NCBI GenBank assembly: GCA_964591835.1 | Contig: CAZQBS010000008.1 | Location: 1,959-65,958, forward strand | DNA from: an uncultured Sphingorhabdus sp. | GTDB taxonomy: Bacteria; Pseudomonadota; Alphaproteobacteria; Sphingomonadales; Sphingomonadaceae | Reading direction: 5' to 3' | Length of the DNA: 64,000 nucleotides | Shown: positions 29,094 to 40,213 of the stretch, piece after piece | Position numbering within the stretch: position 1 is the first letter of the stretch | Layout: the number at the start of each line of letters is the position of its first letter | Position numbers and translations under genes: made by a program | The notes under the pieces: model-generated | Databases searched by the model: none | Told to the model about the DNA's origin: nothing | What the model saw: only the letters and a program-made list of their open reading frames with translations

Positions 29094-29163
29094 GCCGTTC
29101 GGGCTGGGCTTGTCGAAGCCCGGCTTGCCTGACCTGCCCTTCGACAAGCTTAGGGCGAACGGC
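29094..29163. repeat. REP-like inverted repeat doublet, GTTCG...CTTGTCGAAG type
   Basis: 25-nt arms at 29094-29118 and 29139-29163 are reverse complements with 4 mismatches; each arm also folds on itself. Confidence 0.7.
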
Positions 29164-29210
29164 TTGTTGAAAGCTTCACCCGCCCCAGTTTTCCATTATA
29201 GCAGCGGCCA

Positions 29211-30962
29211 ATGATCCCAACTGACGTCCCTTATGTATTGCTCGATGATGCCCGCATTGCTGGCGCGTCGCCTGCCCGGCTCTATGCGAACCCTGTTGAG
29301 CGCCTCACGGCCCGGACTTCCGATGAAGTTGGGCCGCTGCTCCACGAACTGCGCTCGGCCAAGATGCGCGGGCTGCATGTCGCGGGGTTTTTGGCTTATG
29401 ATGCCGGGGCAGCGTTGCTTCCACACCTGCCAACACCTGCAAAGGGGCTGCTTGCCTGGTTCGGATTATTCGATTATTATCAGGAGCTTGATAGAGACGC
29501 CTTGCCGCCAAGTCTGCCCGACCCCGTTGGTGCGTGGCTTTCTGCGCTCTGCCCACAGATAACACGTGCCGATTATGCCAAGGCATTCGCTACGGTGCAG
29601 GAATACATCGCAGCAGGCGATATTTATCAGGCCAATCTGACCTTTCCGCTGTCGGCCGGTTATGCCGGCGACCCGCTGGCGCTGTATGCCGCACTTCGGC
29701 CGAGGGCGGCGGCAGGGTATGGCGGGGTGATCTGGACAGGGGAGCGGCATTATCTGTCGTTCTCGCCCGAACTGTTTTTTGCGCTGAAGGATCGGCGCGT
29801 CACTACCAAGCCGATGAAGGGAACAGCAGAACGGCGCGCCGACCCCGCTGCCGATGCTGCCGAAGCCGAGACACTGCGCACCGATCCCAAACAGCGCGCG
29901 GAAAATCTGATGATCGTCGATCTGCTCCGCAACGACCTGTCGCGGGTGTGTGAGGCTGGAACGGTTGCTGTCCCCGAACTATTCTATGTCGAAACCTATC
30001 CCACGGTCCACCAGATGACCTCGACGGTCACCGGAATCCTCCCGGAAAACACCGATGCGATTGACGTCATACAGTCACTGTTTCCCTGCGGCTCGATCAC
30101 CGGGGCGCCGAAGATCCGCGCAATGCAGGTCATCGCTGAGGTGGAAACTCGCCAGCGCGGTATCTATTGCGGCTCGATCGGGCGGATCGACAAAAATGGC
30201 GATGCGGCTTTCAACGTTGCGATCCGCACTTTTACCTTGTGCGATCAGACGAAGACGGTTTCATTGGCTTTGGGCTCGGGTATCGTCGCTGACTCGGATG
30301 AGGCGGCGGAGTGGGCCGAGTGTCTGGCAAAGGGGGATTTTGCAAAAGTGGAAGGTTACGGTTTCGACCTCATCGAGACGATGCGTTTCGAACCAGCGCA
30401 GGGCATATCGCGGCTGGAATTGCATCTGGAACGGATGAAAGCAAGCGCGCAGGTCTTCGGTTTCGAATTTGACCGCCACGCCGCGCGAAACCGGCTCCAC
30501 GCCGCGATATTTCATCTCGAAGCGCTTTCGAAAATCCGTTTGCTGCTTTCGAAGAGCGGGGTGGTTGCCATCGAAATACGCGCGTTGACTGATACGATTG
30601 AACCATGGCGCGTGGCTGTCGTGTCGCTTCCGGTAGCGAGCTCCGACTTTCGCCTGTGCCACAAAACCACCGACCGCGCATTTTATGATGAAGCGCGCAA
30701 CGCGTCTGGTGCGGATGAAGTCCTGTTCGCAGACGCTAATGGCTTTCTGACCGAAGGCACCATCACTGCCCTATTTGTCGAGCGCGATGGCACGCTGCTC
30801 ACCCCGCCTTTGTCGCGCGGTGCGTTGCCATCGGTCTTGCGTCGGGAACTGATCGAACAGGGTAAGGCGATGGAAGCCGATTTGCGCGCCGAAGACCTCG
30901 GAGAAAATTTCTTCATCGGCAACAGCGTTCGCGGGTTAATCGCGGCCAAACGGGTTGCGTAA
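29211..30962 (+). CDS. pabB: Aminodeoxychorismate synthase component I fused to a class IV aminotransferase/ADC-lyase-like domain
   Basis: GDIYQANLT, SPELFF, KPMKGT, ENLMIVDLLRNDL and GSITGAPK, then IETMR, HLERM, HKTTDR and LTEGT. Confidence 0.88.
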   Translation: MIPTDVPYVLLDDARIAGASPARLYANPVERLTARTSDEVGPLLHELRSAKMRGLHVAGFLAYDAGAALLPHLPTPAKGLLAWFGLFDYYQELDRDALPPSLPDPVGAWLSALCPQITRADYAKAFATVQEYIAAGDIYQANLTFPLSAGYAGDPLALYAALRPRAAAGYGGVIWTGERHYLSFSPELFFALKDRRVTTKPMKGTAERRADPAADAAEAETLRTDPKQRAENLMIVDLLRNDLSRVCEAGTVAVPELFYVETYPTVHQMTSTVTGILPENTDAIDVIQSLFPCGSITGAPKIRAMQVIAEVETRQRGIYCGSIGRIDKNGDAAFNVAIRTFTLCDQTKTVSLALGSGIVADSDEAAEWAECLAKGDFAKVEGYGFDLIETMRFEPAQGISRLELHLERMKASAQVFGFEFDRHAARNRLHAAIFHLEALSKIRLLLSKSGVVAIEIRALTDTIEPWRVAVVSLPVASSDFRLCHKTTDRAFYDEARNASGADEVLFADANGFLTEGTITALFVERDGTLLTPPLSRGALPSVLRRELIEQGKAMEADLRAEDLGENFFIGNSVRGLIAAKRVA

Positions 30963-31010
30963 TTTTTAGGGCTTCGCTAGGGCCAGCCCCGCAACTTGCT
31001 AACAAAATAG

Positions 31011-32231
<1,221 letters not shown>

Positions 32232-32259
32232 GCGCAGCTTAACCTAATAAAACGCGGCG

Positions 32260-32275
32260 TTAAGTCCGACTTAAC
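32260..32275. promoter_or_regulatory. CtrA box, perfect
   Basis: TTAA-gtccgac-TTAAC upstream of the small-ORF/msrA unit. Confidence 0.65.
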
Positions 32276-32305
32276 CGGCAACCTGCTTGAAACCTTTTGT
32301 GGCAC

Positions 32306-32332
32306 GGTAACGTATCTACCAGTGTCTGCGAA
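32306..32332 (+). promoter_or_regulatory. ECF16/SigF-type promoter, second copy
   Basis: GGTAACG-N16-CGAA, same spacing as the 24421 site, 25 nt before the ATG at 32358. Confidence 0.55.
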
Positions 32333-32357
32333 TAGGCAGCTAGAACCGAGAAAAACA

Positions 32358-32540
32358 ATGAACCGTATTTTCAACTTCGTGCGATCAGAACTGTTCCTCA
32401 GCCTTGCGGGCGGCTTCGCCCTCGGCGTTGCCGGACTGGCGATAGTCAAACCTGCAAGCGCCGATATCGGTCAGGCAGAAGCATCGATGGCGATATCGGT
32501 CGGAGCGCCTGTTTATGAAGAAATCATTCCAGCCAAATAA
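32358..32540 (+). CDS. Small (60 aa) membrane or secreted hypothetical protein
   Basis: MNRIFNFVRSELFLSLAGGFALGVAGLAIVKPASA: hydrophobic helix and AxA site. Fills the intergenic gap and overlaps the msrA start. Confidence 0.55.
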   Translation: MNRIFNFVRSELFLSLAGGFALGVAGLAIVKPASADIGQAEASMAISVGAPVYEEIIPAK

Positions 32541-33216
32541 GCTTTTACTGCGATTGCTGCCTGTCGCTGCAGCTTTCGCCTTCACCGCCGCCTGCGGCAC
32601 CGATGCCCCTTCGTTGATCGGTACAGCCGAGGCCGCCGAAGGCATCCGCATTGCTGCACCTGCCGCTCCCATCATCGAACCCAAAGGCACGCAAATCGCT
32701 GTTTTTGCAGGCGGATGTTTCTGGGGCGTCGAAGGCGTTTTCGAACAAGTCAAAGGTGTGACCAGCGTCGAATCGGGCTATTCGGGCGGGACCAAGGCAA
32801 CCGCCGATTATGACAAGGTGAGCGGTGGCGCCACTGCCCACGCGGAGTCTGTCCGCATCCGCTATAACCCCGCTTTGGTCAGCTATAACGACCTGCTTCA
32901 CATCTTCTTTTCGGTAACTCACGACCCGACACAATTGAACCGGCAGGGGCCGGACACCGGCCGCCAATACCGCACCGCGATCTTCCCTGCGAATGCTGCG
33001 CAGAAGAAGGCTGCGAGTGCTTATATCGCGCAGCTCGGCAAGGCGGGTTACTGGAAGAAACCGATTGTGACCAAGATCGAGGGCTACAGTTTCTTTCCGG
33101 CGGAAACCTATCATCAGGACTTCATGGCGAAGAATCCGCAGCATCGCTACATCGTCATGTGGGACAAGCCGAAGGTCGCCAACCTGAAGCGGCTGTTTCC
33201 CAACCGCCATCGCTGA
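32515..33216 (+). CDS. msrA: Peptide-methionine (S)-S-oxide reductase MsrA with lipoprotein signal
   Basis: FAGGCFWGVE, HDPTQLNRQGPD, QYRTAIF and AETYHQDF; lipobox TAAC. Confidence 0.92.
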   Translation: MKKSFQPNKLLLRLLPVAAAFAFTAACGTDAPSLIGTAEAAEGIRIAAPAAPIIEPKGTQIAVFAGGCFWGVEGVFEQVKGVTSVESGYSGGTKATADYDKVSGGATAHAESVRIRYNPALVSYNDLLHIFFSVTHDPTQLNRQGPDTGRQYRTAIFPANAAQKKAASAYIAQLGKAGYWKKPIVTKIEGYSFFPAETYHQDFMAKNPQHRYIVMWDKPKVANLKRLFPNRHR

Positions 33217-33846
33217 TTAGCCCCTGTAAGCGGGAATCGCCCAGCCTTTCAGGATCGCCATCGCGCGCAGAGCAAAGCCGGCGGCAGCGCTAATGATCGC
33301 GGCAGGCAACAAAGGTGCTCCGAACCATAAAAGCAGGCCGAACATGCTCGCTGCAAGTGCCGCCGCTGTGACGTAGATTTCCGGCTTCAACAAGATCGAA
33401 GGCTCGCCCGCCAGTACATCGCGAATGATGCCGCCGACGCAAGCGGTCATCACGCCCATCATCATGGCAGGAAGCAACGGCACGCCGAGCGTCAGCGATT
33501 TCCACGTCCCGAAGACCGCGTATATCGCGATGCCGATGGCATCGAACCAGTCGAGCGCGCGGGGTTTCCAGACATTTTTGGGCGTCACCCATACCAGTCC
33601 GGCAGTTACAAGGCAGGTCGCGGGAAAGCGCCAATCCTGAACCCAGAACACCGGTGCGCTGATGAGCAAATCCCGTACCGTCCCGCCACCCACTCCGGTG
33701 ACGAGCGCGAAAAAAGCGAAGGTGACCAGCGTCTGCCCACGCTGCGCCGCCGCGAGCGCGCCCGATGCGGCAAACACAGCGATGCCGAACAGATCAAGCC
33801 AGGCGATCAGGCTTGGCGCGATCTGAACCGCGTTGTCGAGCATCAC
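33217..33846 (-). CDS. TRIC/UPF0126-family membrane protein
   Basis: Duplicated GGGTVRDLL / GGIIRDVL motifs; DLFGIAVFAASGAL. Confidence 0.88.
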   Translation of the reverse strand: MMLDNAVQIAPSLIAWLDLFGIAVFAASGALAAAQRGQTLVTFAFFALVTGVGGGTVRDLLISAPVFWVQDWRFPATCLVTAGLVWVTPKNVWKPRALDWFDAIGIAIYAVFGTWKSLTLGVPLLPAMMMGVMTACVGGIIRDVLAGEPSILLKPEIYVTAAALAASMFGLLLWFGAPLLPAAIISAAAGFALRAMAILKGWAIPAYRG

Positions 33847-35237
33847 ATATGGATCGGCTTGCCCGTCACCGCCATTGCCGCTTCTTTTAGCGCTTCGGCG
33901 TGCGTCGGGTGGGCGTGGCAGGTGTAAGCGATGTCTTCCGATGTTGCGCCAAATTCCATCGCTAGTGCGGCTTCGGCGATCATCGTGCCTGCCAGTGAGG
34001 CTATGATGTGGACGCCCAGCACGCGGTCGGTTTTGGCGTCCGCGATGACTTTCACAAAACCGTCGGTGTCGCGATTGGTCTTGGCTCGGCTGTTCGCCAT
34101 CATGGGGAACTTGCCGACTTTGATCTCGCTTTTCTCTTTGGCTTCCTCTTCAGTCAAGCCGACGCTGGCGATTTCGGGATAGGTGTAGACCACGCCCGGA
34201 ATGACGTCATGGTTCACAATTCCGGTGCCGCCCGCAACGAAATCCGCTGCCGCGACGCCTTCATCTTCGGCCTTGTGCGCAAGCATGGGGCCGGGGACAA
34301 CATCGCCGATCGCGTAGATGCCGGGGACGTCGGTCTTGACATCATGACTGATCTCTATCTGCCCACGCTTGTTTGGCGTAATGCCCGCTTTGTCGAGCGC
34401 TAGGCCTTCGGTGTTGGCACGGCGACCGATGGATACGAGGACGCAATCGGCTTCTATGGTTTCGGCGGCTCCTCCCGCTGCGGGTTCGACGGTCAGCGTC
34501 GCCTTGCTACCTTTCACAGTTGCGCCGGTGACCTTGGTGCCGGTGCGTATTTCAAAGCCCTGCTTCTTGAAGATCTTGGCGGCCTCCTTGCGGACTTCAC
34601 CATCCATGCCGGGAAGGATCTGATCGAGATATTCGACCACGGTAACCTTCGCGCCAAGCCGCAGCCAGACGCTGCCGAGCTCAAGCCCGATGACGCCGCC
34701 GCCGATCACGACCATATGCTGGGGCACTTTGGGCAAGGCGAGCGCACCGGTCGAATCGACGATGACCTTCTGGTCGATTTCGACCCCCGGCAGCGGCGTT
34801 ACGCTCGAACCGGTGGCAATCATGATGTTCTTCGCGGTGTAATTCTTCCCCGCGACGTCTATGCTATTGGTCGACGCAAACGCGGCATGACCCTTCAGCC
34901 AATCGACCTTGTTCTTCTTGAACAGAAACTCGATCCCCCCGGTCAGCTCGCTCACCGCCTTGGTCTTTTCGGCGTGCATCTGCTCGAGGTTCAGCGACAC
35001 GCCTTTGAAGTCGATACCGAATTTGGCGAGCGCGCCACCGTGCGCCTCGTGATAAAGTTCGGATGCATGAAGCAACGCTTTCGACGGAATGCACCCGACA
35101 TTGAGGCAGGTTCCACCCAACGTCTCGCGGCTTTCCACGCATGCGGTTTTCAAGCCCAATTGTGCCGCACGGATCGCAGCGACATAGCCGCCGGGGCCAG
35201 CTCCTATGACGATCAGGTCATAATCTTGTTCTGCCAT
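33843..35237 (-). CDS. lpdA: Dihydrolipoyl dehydrogenase
   Basis: GAGPGGYVAA, GGTCLNVGCIPSK, GGGVIGLELG and HAHPT..EA. Confidence 0.96.
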   Translation of the reverse strand: MAEQDYDLIVIGAGPGGYVAAIRAAQLGLKTACVESRETLGGTCLNVGCIPSKALLHASELYHEAHGGALAKFGIDFKGVSLNLEQMHAEKTKAVSELTGGIEFLFKKNKVDWLKGHAAFASTNSIDVAGKNYTAKNIMIATGSSVTPLPGVEIDQKVIVDSTGALALPKVPQHMVVIGGGVIGLELGSVWLRLGAKVTVVEYLDQILPGMDGEVRKEAAKIFKKQGFEIRTGTKVTGATVKGSKATLTVEPAAGGAAETIEADCVLVSIGRRANTEGLALDKAGITPNKRGQIEISHDVKTDVPGIYAIGDVVPGPMLAHKAEDEGVAAADFVAGGTGIVNHDVIPGVVYTYPEIASVGLTEEEAKEKSEIKVGKFPMMANSRAKTNRDTDGFVKVIADAKTDRVLGVHIIASLAGTMIAEAALAMEFGATSEDIAYTCHAHPTHAEALKEAAMAVTGKPIHM

Positions 35238-35249
35238 ATTTGCGGTTCC

Positions 35250-36476
35250 TTAAAGGTCGATGAGAATGCGCGTTGGATCCTCGATCGCTTCCTTGATGGT
35301 CTTCAGCGCGGTCACCGCTTCACGGCCGTCGATCAGCCGGTGGTCGTAGCTAAGCGCCAGATACATCATCGGGCGGATGACGATTTCGCCGCCCCGCACG
35401 ACCGGACGGTCTTCAATGCGATGCAGCCCGAGTACCGCTGACTGCGGCGGGTTGATGATCGGGGTGGACATCAGCCCGCCGAACACGCCGCCGTTGGAAA
35501 TGGTAAAGGTGCCGCCCGCCATGTCTTCCATGGTCAGCGTCCCGGCTTTGGCGCGAGCGCCGAAATCGCCGATGGTCTTTTCGATCTCGGCGAAGCTTAG
35601 CTTGTCGGCGTTGCGCACCACCGGGACGACCAGGCCATTGGGTGCGCTGACCGCAACCGAGACGTCGAGATAATTGTGATAGACGATCTCATCGCCATCA
35701 ATCTGTGCGTTGACCGCCGGAATGTCATGCACGGCAAGTGCCACCGCTTTGGTGAAGAAGCTCATGAAGCCGAGTTTGACACCGTGCTTTTTCTCGAAGA
35801 GTTCTTTATATTTCTCGCGCGCTGCGATTACCGCCGACATATCCACGTCGTTGAAGGTGGTGAGCAAAGCCGCGGTTTCCTGTGCCGACTTCAATCGCTT
35901 GGCAACCGTCTGGCGCAGGCGCGTCATGCGGACGCGTTCTTCTTGGCGACCGGCGACCGCAGGGGTGGCAACCGACGTGGCCGGCGCGGGGGCAGCGGCG
36001 GGCGCACCCTTGGCTGCGGCAACGACGTCTTCCTTGGTCAGGCGTCCGTCCTTGCCGGTGCCCCTGATCTTCGACGGGTCGATGCCGAGTTCGAGCACCA
36101 TTCGGCGCACCGAGGGCGAGAGCGGGAGGTCACTATGTTCGGCAGGAGCGGCTGGCGCAGGTGCGGGCGTTGTCGCAACGGGCTGCGTTGCAGAGGCGGG
36201 GACGGCCGCCGGTGTCGGGGGGGCAGCAAGCGCGCCCGATCCGACCTCAATGCTCGCAATCACCGCACCGACATTAACCGTCGCGCCTTCCTCGACGACA
36301 TAGGCACCCATCACGCCAGCCACCGGCGAAGGCACTTCGACCGCGACCTTGTCGGTTTCAAGGCTGGCAATCGGTTCGTCGGCGGCCACCGCCTCGCCCG
36401 GCTTTTTCAGCCACTGGCCCAACGTGGCTTCGGTGATCGATTCGCCCAGCACGGGCACTTTGACTTCGGTACTCAT
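35250..36476 (-). CDS. sucB: 2-oxoglutarate dehydrogenase E2 (dihydrolipoamide succinyltransferase)
   Basis: Lipoyl motif [18 protein letters not shown] and [10 protein letters not shown]. Confidence 0.96.
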   Translation of the reverse strand: MSTEVKVPVLGESITEATLGQWLKKPGEAVAADEPIASLETDKVAVEVPSPVAGVMGAYVVEEGATVNVGAVIASIEVGSGALAAPPTPAAVPASATQPVATTPAPAPAAPAEHSDLPLSPSVRRMVLELGIDPSKIRGTGKDGRLTKEDVVAAAKGAPAAAPAPATSVATPAVAGRQEERVRMTRLRQTVAKRLKSAQETAALLTTFNDVDMSAVIAAREKYKELFEKKHGVKLGFMSFFTKAVALAVHDIPAVNAQIDGDEIVYHNYLDVSVAVSAPNGLVVPVVRNADKLSFAEIEKTIGDFGARAKAGTLTMEDMAGGTFTISNGGVFGGLMSTPIINPPQSAVLGLHRIEDRPVVRGGEIVIRPMMYLALSYDHRLIDGREAVTALKTIKEAIEDPTRILIDL

Positions 36477-36482
36477 ATCGGA

Positions 36483-39284
36483 TCAGCCTTTTCTCTGACG
36501 GCGGATTTCGGCGCGGACATTGTGACCGAGCGCATCGGCGACCAGCGCCGCCTGTTCGGCCTGATGGCGTTTGGCAAGACCGGTTGCGGTCGCAGCAGCT
36601 GCCTTACGACCGGCATATCGCGCGCGGGTGGGCGCGGTTTTGGCCTTGGCGAGGCATTCCTCGATGAACGGATCGACGAACGACCAACTGCCCGCATTTT
36701 TGGGTTCTTCCTGCGCCCAGACAACTTCCTCGAGATTCGCCATCCGCTTCAGGCGGATCACCAGCGGTTCGCCGGGGAAGGGATAAAGCTGCTCCAGCCG
36801 GACAACCGCGGTGCTGGTGTCCCCAGCCGCATTGCGCGCTTCCATCAGGTCATAGGCAACTTTGCCCGAGCACAGCACCAGCCGCTTCACGTCGGTGTCC
36901 GCGGGCGCATTCGGGTCCGAGAGTATCCGCATGAAGTGGCTCTCGCCCTGAAAATCCTCGGCCTTCGACACCGCCAGCTTGTGACGCAGCAACGACTTCG
37001 GCGTCATCACCACCAACGGCTTGCGGAACGAGCGCGCCATTTGGCGGCGGAGCAGGTGAAAATAATTGGCGGGCGTAGTGCAGTTCGCGACCTGGATATT
37101 ATCCTCGGCGCACAGTTGCAAAAACCGTTCGAGCCGCGCGGAGCTATGCTCCGGCCCCTGCCCCTCATAACCATGCGGCAGCAACATCACGAGCCCGTTG
37201 GCGCGCAGCCATTTGGCCTCGCCAGCCGCAATGAACTGGTCGATCATCACCTGCGCGCCGTTGCCAAAATCGCCGAACTGCGCTTCCCAGAGCACCAGGG
37301 TTTTCGGTTCGGCCCCGGCATAGCCATATTCGAAGCCGAGCACGCCGAATTCGGAAAGCGGACTATCGAGTATCTCGAAACAGCCGTGCGGAAGCGTCGA
37401 AAGCGGAACATATTTCTCTTCGTTTGTCTGGTCGACCCAGACGCCGTGCCGCTGGCTGAATGTCCCGCGGCCCGAATCCTGTCCAGACAAGCGGACGCCA
37501 TAGCCTTCGGACAAGAGCGCGCCGAAGGCCAATGCCTCGCCGGTCGCCCAGTCGAAATTCTCAGCAGTCGTGAACATGGTTTTTTTGGCCTCGAGTACGC
37601 GGCCCAAGGTCGGATGGATATTGAGGCCTTCGGGCACCGTGGTCAGCGTCCGGCCAAGGCTATCGAACAGCTTTTTCGACACGCCGGTTTCGACATTACG
37701 CCGCGCGGTTTCGGGATCGGCTGGCTTGGACAGCCCCGACCAACGCCCGCCGAACCAGTCGGCCTCGTTCGCCTTGTAATCGGCGGCACCGGCAAATTCC
37801 TGTTCGAGCTGGGCTACGAAACGCGTGATATGCTCGTTCGCCCAATTGCTGTCGATCACGCCCTGCTCGGTCAGCCGCTTTGCGTAAAGCTCGGCGACGC
37901 CCGGATGCCCCTTGATGACCTTGTACATTAGCGGCTGGGTAAAGCTCGGCTCGTCGCCTTCATTATGGCCAAACCGCCTGTAGCACCACATGTCGATGAC
38001 GATGTCGCGGTGGAAGGTCTGGCGGAATTCGATGGCAATCTTGCAGGCGAAGGTAACCGCTTCGGGATCGTCGCCATTGACGTGGAAGATCGGTGCCTGA
38101 ACGCCCTTGGCGACGTCCGACGGGTAAGGCGAGGAGCGCGCGAATTGGGGTGAGGTTGTGAAGCCGACCTGGTTATTGACGATGAAGTGCAGGCAGCCGC
38201 CAGTGTTGTATCCGCGAATGCCCGAGAAACCGAGGCACTCCCAGACAATGCCCTGCCCGGCAAAGGCCGCATCGCCGTGCAGCAAAACGGGCAACACCTG
38301 CTCGTGCTTTTCAAGGTCGTCGCGCGCGGTCTGGTTGGCGCGCACCTTGCCCAATACAACCGGGTTCACTGCTTCGAGATGCGAGGGGTTGGGGACAAGG
38401 CTCATATGAACCTTGATGCCGTCAAACTCGCGGTCGGTGCTGGTGCCGAGATGATATTTCACATCGCCCGATCCGCCGACATCGTCGGGGTTGGAAGAAC
38501 CCCCCGAAAATTCGTGGAAGATCACGCGGTAGGGCTTGGCCATCACATTGGCGAGGACGTTCAACCGCCCGCGATGCGGCATGCCGTAGACGATTTCGCG
38601 AACGCCGAGCGATCCACCATATTTGATCACTGCTTCCAGCGCGGGAATCATCGATTCGCCGCCGTCGAGACCGAAACGCTTGGTGCCGACATATTTGCGG
38701 CCGAGGAATTTCTCGTACTGCTCGGCTTCGATCACCTTGGCGAGGATTGCCTTCTTGCCTTCGGGCGTAAACTGGATCGCGGCGTCCTTGCCTTCCATGC
38801 GTTCCTGCAAAAACCGCCGCTCCTCGACGTCGGAAATGTGCATATATTCAAGGCCGACCGGCCCGCAATAATTGGTACGCAAGGTTTCGACAAGTTCGCG
38901 CACCGTGGTCCATTCAAGACCGAGCGTTCCGCCGACATAGACTCGCTTGTCGAGATCGGCACCGGAGAAACCATGATATTCGGGGGTCAGGTCGGCGGGG
39001 ATTTCCTGCTTCGACAACCCCAGCGGATCGAGATTGGCCGCCAAATGTCCGCGCACGCGGTATGTTCGCACCAGCATCATCGCGCGGATGGCATCGCTTG
39101 CCGCCGCCACCGCATCGCCTTCGGCCATCGGCTTGCCGGCCGCCTTTGCCGCAGCCTTGATCTCGACCGCCATCTGCGTCGGGTCGAGCGATGCGGTCAG
39201 CTCGTCGGTGACTCCCAGCGGCCAGTTAGCGCGTTCCCAGCTAGGGCCGCGTTCGACTTCGAAATCCTGGTTTTCGATACCCAT
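36483..39284 (-). CDS. sucA: 2-oxoglutarate dehydrogenase E1
   Basis: YRVRGHL, KRFGLDGGE, GMPHRGRLN, HGDAAFAGQG and LWEAQFGDF. Confidence 0.96.
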   Translation of the reverse strand: MGIENQDFEVERGPSWERANWPLGVTDELTASLDPTQMAVEIKAAAKAAGKPMAEGDAVAAASDAIRAMMLVRTYRVRGHLAANLDPLGLSKQEIPADLTPEYHGFSGADLDKRVYVGGTLGLEWTTVRELVETLRTNYCGPVGLEYMHISDVEERRFLQERMEGKDAAIQFTPEGKKAILAKVIEAEQYEKFLGRKYVGTKRFGLDGGESMIPALEAVIKYGGSLGVREIVYGMPHRGRLNVLANVMAKPYRVIFHEFSGGSSNPDDVGGSGDVKYHLGTSTDREFDGIKVHMSLVPNPSHLEAVNPVVLGKVRANQTARDDLEKHEQVLPVLLHGDAAFAGQGIVWECLGFSGIRGYNTGGCLHFIVNNQVGFTTSPQFARSSPYPSDVAKGVQAPIFHVNGDDPEAVTFACKIAIEFRQTFHRDIVIDMWCYRRFGHNEGDEPSFTQPLMYKVIKGHPGVAELYAKRLTEQGVIDSNWANEHITRFVAQLEQEFAGAADYKANEADWFGGRWSGLSKPADPETARRNVETGVSKKLFDSLGRTLTTVPEGLNIHPTLGRVLEAKKTMFTTAENFDWATGEALAFGALLSEGYGVRLSGQDSGRGTFSQRHGVWVDQTNEEKYVPLSTLPHGCFEILDSPLSEFGVLGFEYGYAGAEPKTLVLWEAQFGDFGNGAQVMIDQFIAAGEAKWLRANGLVMLLPHGYEGQGPEHSSARLERFLQLCAEDNIQVANCTTPANYFHLLRRQMARSFRKPLVVMTPKSLLRHKLAVSKAEDFQGESHFMRILSDPNAPADTDVKRLVLCSGKVAYDLMEARNAAGDTSTAVVRLEQLYPFPGEPLVIRLKRMANLEEVVWAQEEPKNAGSWSFVDPFIEECLAKAKTAPTRARYAGRKAAAATATGLAKRHQAEQAALVADALGHNVRAEIRRQRKG

Positions 39285-39316
39285 GTTACTGCCTTCCGTG
39301 GGGAGGGGTTGGCGGT

Positions 39317-40201
39317 TTAACCTTTCAGCAACTCAGCCAATGTCCGGCCAAGATCGGAGGGTGACGGCGATACGCGAATTCCCGCCGCTTCCATCGCCGC
39401 GATCTTGCTGCCCGCGTCGCCCTTGCCGCCGGACACAATCGCCCCCGCATGGCCCATGCGCCGTCCGGGAGGGGCAGTGAGGCCAGCGATGAAACCGACC
39501 ATCGGCTTCTTGCGGCCCTTTTTGGCTTCGTCGATCAGGAATTGTGCCGCTTCTTCTTCGGCGCTGCCCCCGATTTCGCCGATCATGATGATCGATTGCG
39601 TTGCATCGTCGGCGAGGAATAGTTCGAGCACGTCGATGAAGTTGGTGCCGTTGACGGGGTCGCCGCCGATGCCGACGGCTGTGGTCTGGCCAAGCCCCTC
39701 GGCAGTGGTCTGGAACACCGCCTCATAGGTGAGCGTGCCCGAACGCGACAATACGCCGACCGATCCTTTGGAGAAAATGCTGCCGGGCATGATGCCGATC
39801 TTGCATTCACCTGGCGTCAGCACGCCGGGGCAGTTCGGGCCGATCAGCCGCGATTTCGAACCTGACAAGGCGCGTTTGACCTTCACCATGTCGAGCACAG
39901 GAATACCCTCGGTGATACAGACGATCAGCGGGATTTCGGCGTCGATGGCTTCAAGGATCGAGTCGGCGGCAAAGGGCGGCGGGACATAGACGACGCTTGC
40001 GTCCGCGCCGGTCGCCTGCTTGGCCTCGAGCACCGTGTCGAACATCGGCAGGCCAATATGCGTGGTACCGCCTTTGCCGGGAGTCACGCCTGCAACCATC
40101 TGAGTGCCATAGGCAAGCGCCTGCTCGGTATGGAAAGTGCCCGTGGCACCGGTCATGCCTTGAGTGATGACCTTGGTGTATTTGTTTACTAGGATGGACA
40201 T
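39317..40201 (-). CDS. sucD: Succinyl-CoA synthetase alpha subunit
   Basis: [23 protein letters not shown] and MGHAGA with the phospho-His. Confidence 0.96.
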   Translation of the reverse strand: MSILVNKYTKVITQGMTGATGTFHTEQALAYGTQMVAGVTPGKGGTTHIGLPMFDTVLEAKQATGADASVVYVPPPFAADSILEAIDAEIPLIVCITEGIPVLDMVKVKRALSGSKSRLIGPNCPGVLTPGECKIGIMPGSIFSKGSVGVLSRSGTLTYEAVFQTTAEGLGQTTAVGIGGDPVNGTNFIDVLELFLADDATQSIIMIGEIGGSAEEEAAQFLIDEAKKGRKKPMVGFIAGLTAPPGRRMGHAGAIVSGGKGDAGSKIAAMEAAGIRVSPSPSDLGRTLAELLKG

Positions 40202-40213
40202 TAAAAATTCCGT

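Noticed and set aside
28998-29210. tRNA-Gly as an integration site for a genomic island
   Set aside because: I saw no integrase and no duplicate of the tRNA 3' end in the window, and housekeeping genes flank it on both sides.
35676-37931. 751-aa + strand ORF, and similar long ORFs at 15633-17246, 38187-39320, 42406-43641 and 60872-62794
   Set aside because: They are antisense shadows of well-conserved genes (sucA/sucB, mnmG, M20 peptidase, leuS). Long stop-free opposite frames are expected in GC-rich DNA, and they show no family motifs.
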